This document shows positions 10,985 to 21,175 of a stretch of DNA of 64,000 nt, one piece after another (position 1 is the first letter of the stretch; each line of letters begins with the position of its first letter). Below the pieces are notes generated by a model. That model was not told where the DNA came from, ran no database searches, and worked only from the letters and a program-made list of their open reading frames with translations. The DNA comes from Acidobacteriota bacterium (GTDB lineage: Bacteria > Acidobacteriota > Terriglobia > Terriglobales > Acidobacteriaceae). The position numbers and the translations under genes were made by a program. The stretch lies in the NCBI GenBank assembly GCA_021780315.1, contig JAJXYY010000027.1, positions 11,179 to 75,178 of the forward strand. Direction: 5' to 3'.

Positions 10985-13900
10985 CTACGCGTTGGTGGTC
11001 TCTGCTGCTGCGGCCGCTGCTGCAACCCGCTCCTTCTCGGCCTTCTCTGCCTTGCGCGCCACGGCAGAGTTCTGGCCCAGCTCAGCAGCCAGTGTCTCCG
11101 TAGTGAACGACTCAATCACATCGCCAACCCGTATGTCCTTGTGTCCAGCCAGATCGATACCGCACTCCACGCCCTGGCGAACCTCGGACACATCGTCCTT
11201 GAAGCGCTTCAGCGAGCCGATCTTGCCACGCCATACCTCTACGCCTTCACGCAGCAACCGCACCTGTGCATCGCGCTTGATCAGCCCGTCGGTCACACGG
11301 CAACCCGCAATCTGACCGACCTTCGTGATCTTGAACACATTCATCACTTCGGCGCGGCCCGCATAGTTTTCCTTGAAGACCGGCTCCAGCAATCCGTACA
11401 TCGCCTTCGTGATCTCGTCCTGCAGCTCATAAATGATCGAGTGCAGACGAATCTCCACGTTCTCGCGATCTGCAATCTCGGCAGACTTGCGGTCAGGACG
11501 TACGTTGAACCCGATCACAACCGCATTCGAGGCCGACGCCAGCAACACATCCGACTCGGTAATCGCGCCAACGCCAGAGTGCAGCACCCGTACCCGTACC
11601 TTCTCGGTCGACATCCGCTGCAGAGAATCCGCCAGCACTTCGACAGAACCCTGCACGTCGCCCTTCAGAATCAGGTTCAGATCCTTCATGCCGGCCTGCT
11701 TGATCTGCTCGGCCAGGCCTTCCAGAGACACACGCGAACTCTTCGCCAGTTGTGCCTCGCGCTCCTTCATCTTGCGGTACTGCGCAATCCCCTTGGCCTT
11801 GTCGCGGTCCGCCATCACTAGGAACGTATCCCCGGCATCCGGCATCCCTTCCAGTCCAAGAATCTCAACCGGAGTAGACGGACCAGCCTCTGTAATTGCC
11901 CGTCCACGGTCGTCGAACATCGCGCGAATCTTACCAAACGTATTGCCCACGATGTAGCTGTCGCCTAACCGCAGCGTACCGTTCTGTACCAGGATGCTGG
12001 CAACCGCACCGCGTCCACGATCCAGCTTCGCTTCGATCACCGTACCCACCGCCGGACGCTCTGGCTGCGCCTTCGGTGCTGCAATATCGGCAACCAGGCA
12101 GATCATCTCTTCCAGCAGGTCGAGACCAATCCGCTTCTTCGCCGAAACCTCGACAAACTCCGTATCGCCGCCCTGGTTCGATGGCTGCAATCCACGCATC
12201 GCCAACTGCTGGATCACCTTGGCAGGGTTCGCCTCCGGCTTGTCGATCTTGTTCACGGCAACAATAATCGGCACCTTCGCTGCACGGGCATGGTCAATCG
12301 CCTCCAGCGTCTGCGGCATCACGCCGTCATCGGCGGCCACCACGATCACTACGATGTCCGTGACCTTGGCGCCACGTGCACGCATCCGGGTAAACGCTTC
12401 GTGGCCCGGCGTATCCAGAAACACGATCTCGCGCCCAAACGCAGGCGAATCAGGCTTCGTTACATGCACCTTGTAAGCACCGATATGCTGCGTAATTCCG
12501 CCAGCTTCACCGGCTGCCACATCCGTCGAACGGATCGCATCCAACAGCGACGTCTTACCGTGATCGACGTGGCCCATCACGGTCACAACCGGTGAACGAG
12601 TAATCTCCACCATCCCGGTCGTATCTTCCAGGAAGCCTTCGATCGCCTCATTCTCCAACTGCTCTTCAACCGAGATCACCTGCGCATCCGCACCAAACTG
12701 ACGCGCAACATCCTTCACCAACTCGCCTTCCAGCGATTGGTTCACGGTCACAAGCACGCCCCGCATCAGCAGTACGGCAATCAGATCTTTACCGCGTACA
12801 TCCAGCTTCTCGGCCAAATCCTTGACACTGATACCTTCCGTCACAGTGATCGTCCGAGTAATCGGCATCGGCTCCCGAGAGATCTGCGAACCACCAAAAC
12901 GCGGTGGCGGCTGGAAGCCCTTCATCGGGCCTTCCTTGGTCTTCTCGTACCGCTGTCCGCCACGCCGCGACGCCGGACGTGCCGCTGGCCGCATCCCCGG
13001 CTTCTCGCCAGGTCCTGGCATCACACCCGGCGCTCCGCCAGGTCCTGCCGGTCCACCCGGTCGCGCTCCAAATCCAGGCCTTGCTCCAAATCCAGGTCGT
13101 GCTCCACCCGGAGTAAACCCCGGACGCCCCGGTGCTCCACCTGGCCCACCCGGTCCACCCGGAAACGTGCGGGTCGGATGCATCGGACGACGTGCGCCCG
13201 GAGCCATCGAACTCCCCGGCCGCGGAGCGCCAGGTGCACCCGGGCCTCCCTGCGAACCAGGACGCGGACGCTCAAAGATAGGTCGCCCACGCTGCGGTGT
13301 CCCCGGCGCAACCGGAGGTGCCGTATAAATCGGACGAGGTCCCGTCTGCGGCATAATCACACGCCGGGCAGGCGGCCCCGCTGGGACCACCGGTGCCTCA
13401 ACGACAGGCGGCGCTGCGGGCGCAACCGCCACCTCAGCAGCCACCGGCGCAGGCGCAGATACTTCCGCAACCACCGGCGCCACAATCGGTGCAGCTGCCA
13501 CTGGCGCAGGAGGCTCGCTCACCGGTACCGGTGCCGCAGGAGCAGCCACCACCGGCGCAACCACCGGAGCTTGTGGCGCAACCACCGTAGACACAGGAGC
13601 AGCCACCGCAACTGGAGTCACCGCAGGACGTGCCACCACAGGTCCCACCGGAGGCTTGCTCGCAATCGCCGGGGCAGCCGCTGGCGCAATAATGTTGGCC
13701 TGCTGCCGTGGCAGCGGAACGATCCGGCGCGGTGCTGGTGCCTCAGGATGAGAAGTCGTCGGTGCCGCAGAGGCTGCCGGAGTAACCGCAACCACCGGCC
13801 GCGGTGCACTCGTAACAGCTTGCACCGCAGAGGGCGGTGCAACCACCGCTGTCGGTCGTGGTGGCGGTGTCGCCCGTATCACCGCTTCCGCCTGCTTCCG

Positions 13901-14161
13901 CTCCAAAATCGCCTTCAACGCATCGCCCGGCTTTGACACCTTCGACAGGTCGAACTTCGGCTTCGTCTCGACCATCGGTCGGCTCGCAGAACTGCTGCGG
14001 CTGCCGCCCTTGAAGTAGTCGCGCACCTTCTCCGCCTGGTCGGTCTCGATCGAACTGGAATGCGTCTTGCCCGTCACCCCGATCGCTTCCAGCGCGTCCA
14101 GGATCGGTCTGCTCTTTACTTCCAGTTCTCGTGCCAGATCATTGATTCGAACTTTGCTCAT
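10985..14161 (-). CDS. infB: Translation initiation factor IF-2
   Basis: [20 protein letters not shown] and NKID GTPase motifs; long Pro/Ala/Gly-rich N-terminus. Confidence 0.98.
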   Translation of the reverse strand: MSKVRINDLARELEVKSRPILDALEAIGVTGKTHSSSIETDQAEKVRDYFKGGSRSSSASRPMVETKPKFDLSKVSKPGDALKAILERKQAEAVIRATPPPRPTAVVAPPSAVQAVTSAPRPVVAVTPAASAAPTTSHPEAPAPRRIVPLPRQQANIIAPAAAPAIASKPPVGPVVARPAVTPVAVAAPVSTVVAPQAPVVAPVVAAPAAPVPVSEPPAPVAAAPIVAPVVAEVSAPAPVAAEVAVAPAAPPVVEAPVVPAGPPARRVIMPQTGPRPIYTAPPVAPGTPQRGRPIFERPRPGSQGGPGAPGAPRPGSSMAPGARRPMHPTRTFPGGPGGPGGAPGRPGFTPGGARPGFGARPGFGARPGGPAGPGGAPGVMPGPGEKPGMRPAARPASRRGGQRYEKTKEGPMKGFQPPPRFGGSQISREPMPITRTITVTEGISVKDLAEKLDVRGKDLIAVLLMRGVLVTVNQSLEGELVKDVARQFGADAQVISVEEQLENEAIEGFLEDTTGMVEITRSPVVTVMGHVDHGKTSLLDAIRSTDVAAGEAGGITQHIGAYKVHVTKPDSPAFGREIVFLDTPGHEAFTRMRARGAKVTDIVVIVVAADDGVMPQTLEAIDHARAAKVPIIVAVNKIDKPEANPAKVIQQLAMRGLQPSNQGGDTEFVEVSAKKRIGLDLLEEMICLVADIAAPKAQPERPAVGTVIEAKLDRGRGAVASILVQNGTLRLGDSYIVGNTFGKIRAMFDDRGRAITEAGPSTPVEILGLEGMPDAGDTFLVMADRDKAKGIAQYRKMKEREAQLAKSSRVSLEGLAEQIKQAGMKDLNLILKGDVQGSVEVLADSLQRMSTEKVRVRVLHSGVGAITESDVLLASASNAVVIGFNVRPDRKSAEIADRENVEIRLHSIIYELQDEITKAMYGLLEPVFKENYAGRAEVMNVFKITKVGQIAGCRVTDGLIKRDAQVRLLREGVEVWRGKIGSLKRFKDDVSEVRQGVECGIDLAGHKDIRVGDVIESFTTETLAAELGQNSAVARKAEKAEKERVAAAAAAAETTNA

Positions 14162-14314
14162 CCGTCCCTTTTCAGTTCCCAGCGCCCTTGGCTTTCATTG
14201 CGTTCAGCTGTTCATGTCAGCCTCATCGAGGTAGGAATATCTCTATTGTAAGTATTATCCCCAAAGATACTAGCTCCGTATCGAGAGAATGCCGGGTTTG
14301 CAGGGCCAATACTG

Positions 14315-15913
14315 CTAGCCACGATCAGGTCCTTCGTTGTCGATGCCTTCGCTCGAGACCTCCTGGCTTGCATCCACCAGGTCGTCTACCGCATCGTTCT
14401 CCGCTTCAATCCGCTCTTCCCGGGCATCGGCTTCGCTGATCGCGTCGCTCGCCGACCCAGCCTCTTCCGCCGCCGCTATGTCTTCCGTGGAAACTTCCAA
14501 CACTTCTACGGCCTCGCCCGATCCAGCCTCTCCGGCCAGAATCTCCTCCGGTGTCTTCGTCATGGAATGTTCTCCCGCTTCACCGTCGTTAGATGCAACT
14601 TCAGGCAAAACCGCTGCAGCAGGACGAGCTTCGCCCTCTTCGTACTGGCCAAAGTAATGCCGCACCGCAACCGAGATCTTCTCGACCGTCTTCTCGCCGA
14701 TTCCCGGAACCTCTTCCAACTGCTCCGGTGTCATATCCGCCAGCTCTTCCACAGTCGTAATGCCCGCCGCGATCAGCTTCTCCAGAATCGTCTCGCCCAG
14801 CTCCGAAATCTGCTCCACCGGAGTCGTCGGCCCGCCGCCCATCGCATGCATCTGCTGCTCGACCTCCTGGCGCTTCTCTTCCTCGCTCTTGATGTCGATC
14901 TTCCACTGCAGCAGCTTCGCCGCCAGCCGAACATTCTGGCCCTTCTTGCCGATCGCCAACGACAACTGCGTGTCATCCACAATCACTTCAATCTGCTTCT
15001 CGGCCAGATCCGTAATCGACACACGGCTCACCTTCGCCGGCTGCAACGCCTTCTCCGCGAACGTCGTGATCTCCTCGGAGTACTCGATGATGTCAATCTT
15101 CTCCCCGCGCAGCTCGCGGATAATCGACTGCACCCGCATGCCCTTCATGCCCACGCAGGCGCCTACCGGATCAACATCCTTGTCGCGGCTCATCACCGCA
15201 ATCTTGGTCCGCTCGCCAGCCTCGCGCGCAATCGCTCGAATCGAAACCGTTCCGTCGTAAATCTCTGGCACTTCGCTCTGGAACAGGTTCTGCACCAGCG
15301 CCGGAGCAGCACGGCTCACAATTACCTGCGGGCCCTTCGCCGCACGATCCACGCGCAGCAGCACCACACGCACCCGCTCGCCCACCGCAAACTGCTCCAG
15401 CCGACTCTGCTCCCGCTTCGGCATCCGTGCCTCCGCCTTGCCCAGATCGAAGATCACATCCATCGGCTCCAGCCGCTTCACCGTCGCCGTCAGCACTTCC
15501 CCAGCACGATGGTTGTACTCCAGAAACACCGTGTCCCGCTCCGCTTCGCGAACCTTCTGGAAGATCACCTGCTTCGCCATCTGCGCCGCAATCCGGCCCA
15601 GCGGAGACGTGTCCTTGTAGAACCGCAACTCGCCGCCCACCTCAACTTCAGGGGCCAACTCCCGCGCCTGCGCCAGCGTCAACTGGTTGGTCGAGTCCTC
15701 CACCTGCTCCGGAGTCTCAACCACGGTCTTGAACACGTACGCGCGAATCTCGCCCGTCTCGCGGTCCATCTCGGCCCGCATGTTCTCCTGGGTCTTGTAA
15801 TACTTGCGGGTCGCGAGCGCAATCGCGTCTTCCACGGCAGATACTACGACCTCCGGTTCGATCCCCTTGTCCCGGCTCAACGTCTCAATCGACTGGTACA
15901 GAACACTTGCCAT
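14315..15913 (-). CDS. nusA: Transcription termination/antitermination factor NusA
   Basis: GRIAAQMAKQVIFQKVREAER, AREAGERTKIAV and AIGKKGQNVRLA motifs; acidic C-terminal extension. Confidence 0.98.
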   Translation of the reverse strand: MASVLYQSIETLSRDKGIEPEVVVSAVEDAIALATRKYYKTQENMRAEMDRETGEIRAYVFKTVVETPEQVEDSTNQLTLAQARELAPEVEVGGELRFYKDTSPLGRIAAQMAKQVIFQKVREAERDTVFLEYNHRAGEVLTATVKRLEPMDVIFDLGKAEARMPKREQSRLEQFAVGERVRVVLLRVDRAAKGPQVIVSRAAPALVQNLFQSEVPEIYDGTVSIRAIAREAGERTKIAVMSRDKDVDPVGACVGMKGMRVQSIIRELRGEKIDIIEYSEEITTFAEKALQPAKVSRVSITDLAEKQIEVIVDDTQLSLAIGKKGQNVRLAAKLLQWKIDIKSEEEKRQEVEQQMHAMGGGPTTPVEQISELGETILEKLIAAGITTVEELADMTPEQLEEVPGIGEKTVEKISVAVRHYFGQYEEGEARPAAAVLPEVASNDGEAGEHSMTKTPEEILAGEAGSGEAVEVLEVSTEDIAAAEEAGSASDAISEADAREERIEAENDAVDDLVDASQEVSSEGIDNEGPDRG

Positions 15914-15935
15914 AATGTCTCTCGTTTCCGCGGCA

Positions 15936-16040
15936 TGTCATCCTGCAACACGCCTCTGTTTGTCATCCTGCCAGGCCGTGTCATGCAACCACACGACGCT
16001 CACTCTGTCATCCAACAGCGCAGTGGAGGGCTCTGCATCC
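15936..16040 (+). repeat. Cluster of TGTCAT(C/G)C motifs, REP-like family 2
   Basis: Motif starts at 15936, 15961, 15979 and 16006. The last copy, TGTCATCCAACAGCGCAGTGGAGGGCTCTGC, resembles the reverse complement of 32237-32273 and 50267-50303. Confidence 0.55.
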
Positions 16041-16082
16041 GCCTCCAAATCCACGCCCAAAAAACCAAAATCCAGCCCGTCG

Positions 16083-16676
16083 CTAAATCTCCGCGACCAG
16101 ATGCGCCTTCTCAACATTCAGCAGCGCAATCTCAACCGTCTGCTCCGTCACGGCCTTCTTCGCCTTGCCCTTCTGCTTCACCGCCGAAAGGTCCAGCGTA
16201 ATCACGCCATCCACAAACTTCGTCAGCCGCCCCTGCCAGTGCCGATTCCCGTTCACCGCCGTAAAGGTCTGTAGCTTCACCAGGCTCCCGGAAAACCGGA
16301 TATAGTCCGCCGCCTTCACTAACTTCCGCTCCAGTCCCGGAGACGAGACCTCCAGCGTGTACTCCTGCCCCGGAATCAAATCCTCTACATCCAGAACCGT
16401 CCCAAAATCCGTCGCAAACTTCGCGCAGTCCTCATGCGTCACACCCGACAGCATCTCCACCGGTACGCCTTTCGGTAACTCCAACTCCGCCGCATCCTCG
16501 CCCGCGCCCGCCGCCATCTCCGCCAGCTTCGCACGCTCCACGGCGTTCTTTTCGATGTACACCCGCAGCGTGCGGAACTTCACTCCGCCCTGAAACTCAA
16601 GGTCCACAACCTCCAGATCGTGCGAGGCCGCAACCCGCTCCGCCAAACTCCGAATTGCATCCAGTTGCACTGCCAT
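16083..16676 (-). CDS. rimP: Ribosome maturation factor RimP
   Basis: LRVYIEK, VTHEDC and YTLEVSSPGLERKL motifs. Start placed at ATG 16676 (MAVQLDAI). Confidence 0.95.
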   Translation of the reverse strand: MAVQLDAIRSLAERVAASHDLEVVDLEFQGGVKFRTLRVYIEKNAVERAKLAEMAAGAGEDAAELELPKGVPVEMLSGVTHEDCAKFATDFGTVLDVEDLIPGQEYTLEVSSPGLERKLVKAADYIRFSGSLVKLQTFTAVNGNRHWQGRLTKFVDGVITLDLSAVKQKGKAKKAVTEQTVEIALLNVEKAHLVAEI

Positions 16677-16731
16677 CAATCCAACCCCAAACCAGCTACA
16701 CAGCCCGTTGCCAACATCGTTCAGAGCAAAT

Positions 16732-16754
16732 AAAAAGTGGGCTCTCGCCCACTC
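16732..16754 (-). terminator. Leader terminator/attenuator upstream of rimP
   Basis: Minus strand GAGTGGGC-GAGA-GCCCACT-TTTT, about 55 nt before the rimP start. Confidence 0.7.
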
Positions 16755-16827
16755 ATCTCTTCCGTCAATTGCCGGTGCGCTCACGGCTCTTACCTGGTAC
16801 GACGGAACAAAAGCGCCTGCAAATCAC

Positions 16828-16856
16828 ATTCTACATCGAAACTCAGCTTTCCCCAA
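16828..16856 (-). promoter_or_regulatory. Putative sigma70 promoter of the rimP operon
   Basis: TTGGGG-N17-TAGAAT on the minus strand. Confidence 0.4.
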
Positions 16857-16906
16857 CATCTACCCATACCCACCCAATCAGCGCCAGCAATCCTGAAAAT
16901 TCATCC

Positions 16907-16939
16907 TTGACATCATTAGAATATCCACTACCATATGGT
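16907..16939 (+). promoter_or_regulatory. Sigma70 promoter with overlapping palindromic operator for the arsR-SRPBCC pair
   Basis: TTGACA(16907)-N16-TACCAT(16929); perfect palindrome ACCATATGGT at 16930-16939. Confidence 0.65.
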
Positions 16940-17273
16940 TGTGAATGAGCTGGACACAACCTTCGCCGCCCTCTCGGATCCCACCCGCAGGGCGATGATC
17001 GAAACACTCTCCCACGGGCCTGCCTCCGTGCATCGGCTATCCGAGCCCTTTGCACTCTCGCAGCAGATGATCTCAAAGCACATTGCCTACCTCGTCCGGG
17101 CTCGCATCGTCACCAAAACCCGCCGCGGACGAGAGAGCGTATGCACCCTCAGGCCAGAGACCATCAAGACCGTCAGCGACTGGGCCACCAACTATCGCCA
17201 ATTCTGGGAAGAAAGCTTCGACAAACTCGATGTCGTTGTAAATCAAATCAAAAAAAACGGAGATCAGAGATGA
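16935..17273 (+). CDS. ArsR/SmtB-family transcriptional regulator
   Basis: FAALSDPTRRAMI...SQQMISKHIAYL...RRGRES wHTH pattern. Alternative GTG start at 16941. Confidence 0.9.
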   Translation: MVVNELDTTFAALSDPTRRAMIETLSHGPASVHRLSEPFALSQQMISKHIAYLVRARIVTKTRRGRESVCTLRPETIKTVSDWATNYRQFWEESFDKLDVVVNQIKKNGDQR

Positions 17274-17779
17274 CAAATAACACGGCGAACCAAACAGAAC
17301 GGATGGTAATCACCAGAATCTTCGATGCCCCACGCGAAGTCGTTTGGAAGGCGTGGACCGACCCGCACTATGTCATGCAGTGGTGGGGCCCCAAGGGCTT
17401 CACCTCCCCCTTCTGCAAAATGGACTTTCGCGTAGGTGGCAAATTTCTCTGCTGCATGAAGTCCCCCGACGGACAGGAGTTCTGGAACGGTGGCGAATAC
17501 CACGAGATCGTGCTCCACGAAAAAATCGTCCTCTCCATGTACTTCGCCGACCGCGACGGAAACAAGGTCGAGCCGGAGCAATATGGCATCGAACACGAGG
17601 CCATCGAGGATGCCCACGACGTCGTCACCTTCGAGGACCTGGGAAACGGCCAGACCAAACTCACCTTCACCGGAAATGAAACCATGGAGAGCGCAAAGAG
17701 CAGCGGACAAGTCGAAGGCTGGAACCAGATACTCGACAAGTTCGATTCTGTGGTTGCAACGCTGGTGCAGGCAACATAA
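17270..17779 (+). CDS. SRPBCC/AHSA1-domain protein
   Basis: ITRIFDAPREVVWKAWTDP...WWGP...DFRVGG...GWNQILDKF. ATGA overlap with the arsR stop. Confidence 0.92.
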   Translation: MTNNTANQTERMVITRIFDAPREVVWKAWTDPHYVMQWWGPKGFTSPFCKMDFRVGGKFLCCMKSPDGQEFWNGGEYHEIVLHEKIVLSMYFADRDGNKVEPEQYGIEHEAIEDAHDVVTFEDLGNGQTKLTFTGNETMESAKSSGQVEGWNQILDKFDSVVATLVQAT

Positions 17780-18024
17780 GTAACTGAAAGGTTTGTCTGT
17801 CGTCACGCACGACACTTAGCCAGAGATGGTGGGAGAAGGCGCATTGCAAAAGCCTCCTCCCTCACTTCTCTCAACAGTTACCTTCCGATCAACACGCTCT
17901 TAGTACCAAGCATCATCAAAAAGTGCATTGGCGATGTAGCACTCGTGCAGCCCTGTTTAGCCTCAAGTCCGAGATGGGGGGCGACGCTCATGGAACCTGG
18001 GCTTGGGTTCTCTTGGAAGCGGCT

Positions 18025-19341
18025 TCAATCCACCACCGAACACTTCGGATTGTTCAAGGTGCCCGTGACCCGCATCGGAAAGACCAGCCTTCCGTGCTGC
18101 GAGTCGGCCCCTTTGAACAACCTCGCAAACGTGCTGACGAAAAAGCCCTGCCTTGTCTCGACCGTGGCGTTGCCTTTGTAGTCGAGCCGGCTGTTCAGCT
18201 CGTCCACGCTTCCAGAGCCATCCACGTCAATCCCGTAGAAATCAACGTTAATCTGTCGGCTATAGATCCGCTGACGATTCAAGTCCAGGTCTCCTCTAAA
18301 GGAAGAAAACGCCGACATGGGCATAGAGCTTGCGCCCGGATCGCGGAAGCGCACCAGCTGTGCCAGACTTTTGTTCCCCTTCAAGCCGGTAAGCTCGCCC
18401 TTCCGGATGGTGAAGTGGCCCGTACCATGGATCTCCGACAGGGGATTGGCTGAGTGCTCGATGATTCCGTCCAGCTTCATGTCCGCCTCCATCATCCCGG
18501 TAATCTTCGGCTCGCCGGTTTCAAACTCCGCCAGCAGGTAGTTGATGCCGACTCCGCTCACCCGCAGATCGGTGTTGAAGCGCGTCTTGCTGCCGGAGAA
18601 GTCAAAGCTGAAATCGCCGCCGACGTTCCCGCGATACGTTTTGGCCGTAAAGTTCTTGAACGTGAACTGTGCCGGTTCCATTTGGAGTTGCGAATGAGTC
18701 TTCCGCAGTTGAATACGTCCAAAAATGACCTTCTCTACTGTCAGGCTACCGACAACGCTGGTCTTGAGCGAAGCATTGTTCAATGCACTTACCTTGAGTT
18801 GCTCCACTCCGCCGGAGAAATCTTCGGCAGTAAAGACGACCGGCCCAGGCGCGTCCGAAGGATCGATCAGCCCGGAGCCGTACAACGTTCCATGCTTGAC
18901 CTGAAGACTGGAGATGGTTCCCATCGAGAACCGCGCCGGCTCCGTATTCGCACTGGAGGGATTCTGAAAATTCCAGAGGCCGTCGGGATCGGAGATCAGA
19001 TGGATAACGGGCCGTTCCACCACCAGCGACCGAATGACGAGCTGACCATGGAGCAAGGGCATCCATGGAATCGTCGCGTCCACCTCCGGTGCCTGCAGAA
19101 AGTATCCTGGTGGAAAGAGCTTCGGGTTCTTAGCCGCAACGCCATACAGACGCACCGACAGTGGTAGCAGCCGAACCGACACATGCTGGATTTCAATCTG
19201 CAATCCAGTCTTCTTTTGCAGGTAGACAACAGTTTCAGGAACATACCGGTCCGGATTGCATACGGTATACCATGCTGCCGCGCACAGCCCAAGCAGCACA
19301 CAAGCCACCACCGCCAGCCCGATCTGCACGTACTTCGCCAT
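18025..19341 (-). CDS. AsmA-family protein
   Basis: N-terminal TM anchor, beta-rich body, C-terminal GSGSVD...LDYKG...PMRVTGTLNNP. Start placed at ATG 19341. Confidence 0.75.
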   Translation of the reverse strand: MAKYVQIGLAVVACVLLGLCAAAWYTVCNPDRYVPETVVYLQKKTGLQIEIQHVSVRLLPLSVRLYGVAAKNPKLFPPGYFLQAPEVDATIPWMPLLHGQLVIRSLVVERPVIHLISDPDGLWNFQNPSSANTEPARFSMGTISSLQVKHGTLYGSGLIDPSDAPGPVVFTAEDFSGGVEQLKVSALNNASLKTSVVGSLTVEKVIFGRIQLRKTHSQLQMEPAQFTFKNFTAKTYRGNVGGDFSFDFSGSKTRFNTDLRVSGVGINYLLAEFETGEPKITGMMEADMKLDGIIEHSANPLSEIHGTGHFTIRKGELTGLKGNKSLAQLVRFRDPGASSMPMSAFSSFRGDLDLNRQRIYSRQINVDFYGIDVDGSGSVDELNSRLDYKGNATVETRQGFFVSTFARLFKGADSQHGRLVFPMRVTGTLNNPKCSVVD

Positions 19342-19367
19342 CCTGTTCACACGCTGGCCAATCATCC

Positions 19368-19404
19368 GCTGCTCCCCTCATCCGATTCGGATGAGGGGAG
19401 CAGC
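19368..19404. repeat. Perfect 37-bp palindrome (18-bp arms, 1-nt centre)
   Basis: GCTGCTCCCCTCATCCGA-T-TCGGATGAGGGGAGCAGC. Confidence 0.95.
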
Positions 19405-19688
19405 CGGTACAGCGCTTCCAACTCAAGCCGTGCGTCACGGGTCAATTCGATCGCTCACTAAATTCGCATAGTAAGCCTGACATAATGAGATGGCGAATGC
19501 TGGATAAGGTTGGCCAGAGCCGAGCGGACTGCCTTGCCCCTTAGTTCCAACCGTAGCTTTCAGCCCATTGCACGTCTCCAGATTGAGCTGCACTCGACAA
19601 GCGCATGGATGATTTGGCATCAGTCTAGGTGCATTCCAGCCGAGAACCGCGTTTACCTGTAGCTATCTCGTACGGAACCACCACCAAC

Positions 19689-19752
19689 CCGGGTGCCCCA
19701 TCTTCGCGCAGTCTCATCGCGCTAAGGTGGGCATCGTGCAAAGCACGACCGC
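19689..19752 (+). repeat. REP-like double-hairpin repeat, family 1
   Basis: CCGGGTGCCCCATCTTCGCGCAGTCTCATCGCGCTAAGGTGGGCATCGTGCAAAGCACGACCGC; near-identical to the reverse complement of 49282-49346 and 50925-50991. Confidence 0.9.
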
Positions 19753-19810
19753 ACCCCTCCCCCATCCACCCTCCCACCAGGCTCACAACCCACAGCCCTA
19801 CCGGTGGGAG

Positions 19811-19867
19811 CATGGGGCTTCAGCCCCATGAATCAACCCCATCCACTCCCCGGGCTTTAGCCCCGGA
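19811..19867 (-). repeat. REP-like doublet, family 3 (GGGCTAAAGCCC / GGGCTGAAGCCC)
   Basis: CATGGGGCT-TC-AGCCCCATG plus CCGGGCTTTAGCCCCGG; same architecture in the opposite orientation at 29121-29183. Confidence 0.75.
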
Positions 19868-20068
19868 CCACCTCTCAAGCACCCAATCTTTGCCGCGAAC
19901 GGTAGAGTTCCTGGACATCTCGTCTCGACACATCCAATCAAGAGCAGTTTCTGTTTCGAGAATCTCAATTCAACGACCAACACCTGTAATCACAAAGCGT
20001 CGGCTTGTCGTCAGCAACTCAAACTGACTACAACGGCGTTTATTTGGAGTTATGAAGTACGATGCGGC

Positions 20069-20845
20069 ATGCGACTTTTCTTCTCAATCTTGGCGCTTAG
20101 CCTTTGTTCCGCGTTTTGCCACGCACAGACAACGGTCAACGACACCCCAGTCCTGAACCAGATCCGGGCAAAGTATGACGCTCCCTTCGAAAGAAACCTC
20201 CAATCCTTCAGTTGCGCTGTAGAGTTTGACTGGAAACAGCATTTTACTGAAGTGGTACGCCTCGGCGACGAGGGGACCGACGAGGAGATCGTTAGGTTCA
20301 TTCAGCCCATCAGCACTCACGTCACAGTTAGCCGACAGAACACGGCTGTCTCATCGGGTATGACGGAAGATGAAGAACGCAAGCTCCCCCATGGAGGCAT
20401 GGCAGAGGGTCTTCTGAAACATGCGGTGCAATATAGTCTGAACAACTGGTTGGCTGCCAGCGGCACCGCTCTGCTGCCATCGCCAGGTACTTCTGTGCAT
20501 GTCGAACAGTCCGTGTCAGGCTACAAGCTCGGCCTCAGAATTCAGACATTCGATGTTGAGATGTTGTTCACGCGCGACTTGGGTCTTCAAAGTGAAGGGG
20601 TAAAGGGATCGCCCTCGGATACCCGTGAGACAGACTTTCGTCCGGGGCCACAGGGGTTTCTCCTAACTTCCTTCAGGCAAGGTGAGGACGGGGATTTCAG
20701 GCCAGGCAATAGAGTAATCCTTACTTACACGTATCAGAACGTGGGAGGTTTTCAGATACCGGAACAAGTGGCCATCAACCGAGAAAGCCACCACGAGAAT
20801 TGGCACTACAGATTGACCCACTGTAGCGTTCAGACGGCCAAGTGA
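20069..20845 (+). CDS. Secreted hypothetical protein
   Basis: Signal peptide MRLFFSILALSLCSAFCHA-Q; 258 aa with a beta-rich C-half and no recognised family. Confidence 0.75.
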   Translation: MRLFFSILALSLCSAFCHAQTTVNDTPVLNQIRAKYDAPFERNLQSFSCAVEFDWKQHFTEVVRLGDEGTDEEIVRFIQPISTHVTVSRQNTAVSSGMTEDEERKLPHGGMAEGLLKHAVQYSLNNWLAASGTALLPSPGTSVHVEQSVSGYKLGLRIQTFDVEMLFTRDLGLQSEGVKGSPSDTRETDFRPGPQGFLLTSFRQGEDGDFRPGNRVILTYTYQNVGGFQIPEQVAINRESHHENWHYRLTHCSVQTAK

Positions 20846-20887
20846 ATCAGTCGCTGGGGTTCCACCCCGCCTCACTGCGGCCACGTT

Positions 20888-20915
20888 GGTCCTCATAAGT
20901 CGGCTTATCGGAAGC
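20888..20915. other. Candidate XerCD recombination (dif-like) site
   Basis: GGTCCTCATAA-GTCGGC-TTATCGGAAGC, 11-6-11 architecture with an ATAA/TTAT inner inverted repeat; left arm matches the E. coli XerC arm GGTGCGCATAA at 9/11. Confidence 0.5.
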
Positions 20916-21175
20916 TATCGGTCCGGAGTCTCAACTGGTGAGAACAGCCCATTGCACTCATCGAGTATCTGAAGATGTGGCGTTCGGAATCGAATGCAGG
21001 TCATTCGTAGCTCTCTCGCTATGGCTGCGCCGAAAGCTCAGTTGCAGTGCACAAATGAAGCTGCCTTCTGCTACCCCGGTGCGACGGGCCTCCTCCTGTC
21101 CGGCACCCTTCTTCCGAACGTCCTTCCCTGCCAAGCGCCCCCGACTCCCCCATACACTGCCTGTCAAAAATCCCA

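Noticed and set aside
9610-17257. A8 homopolymers (9610-9617, 17250-17257) as phase-variation tracts
   Set aside because: Both are short, the reading frames are intact, and they are explained by Phe/Lys codons.
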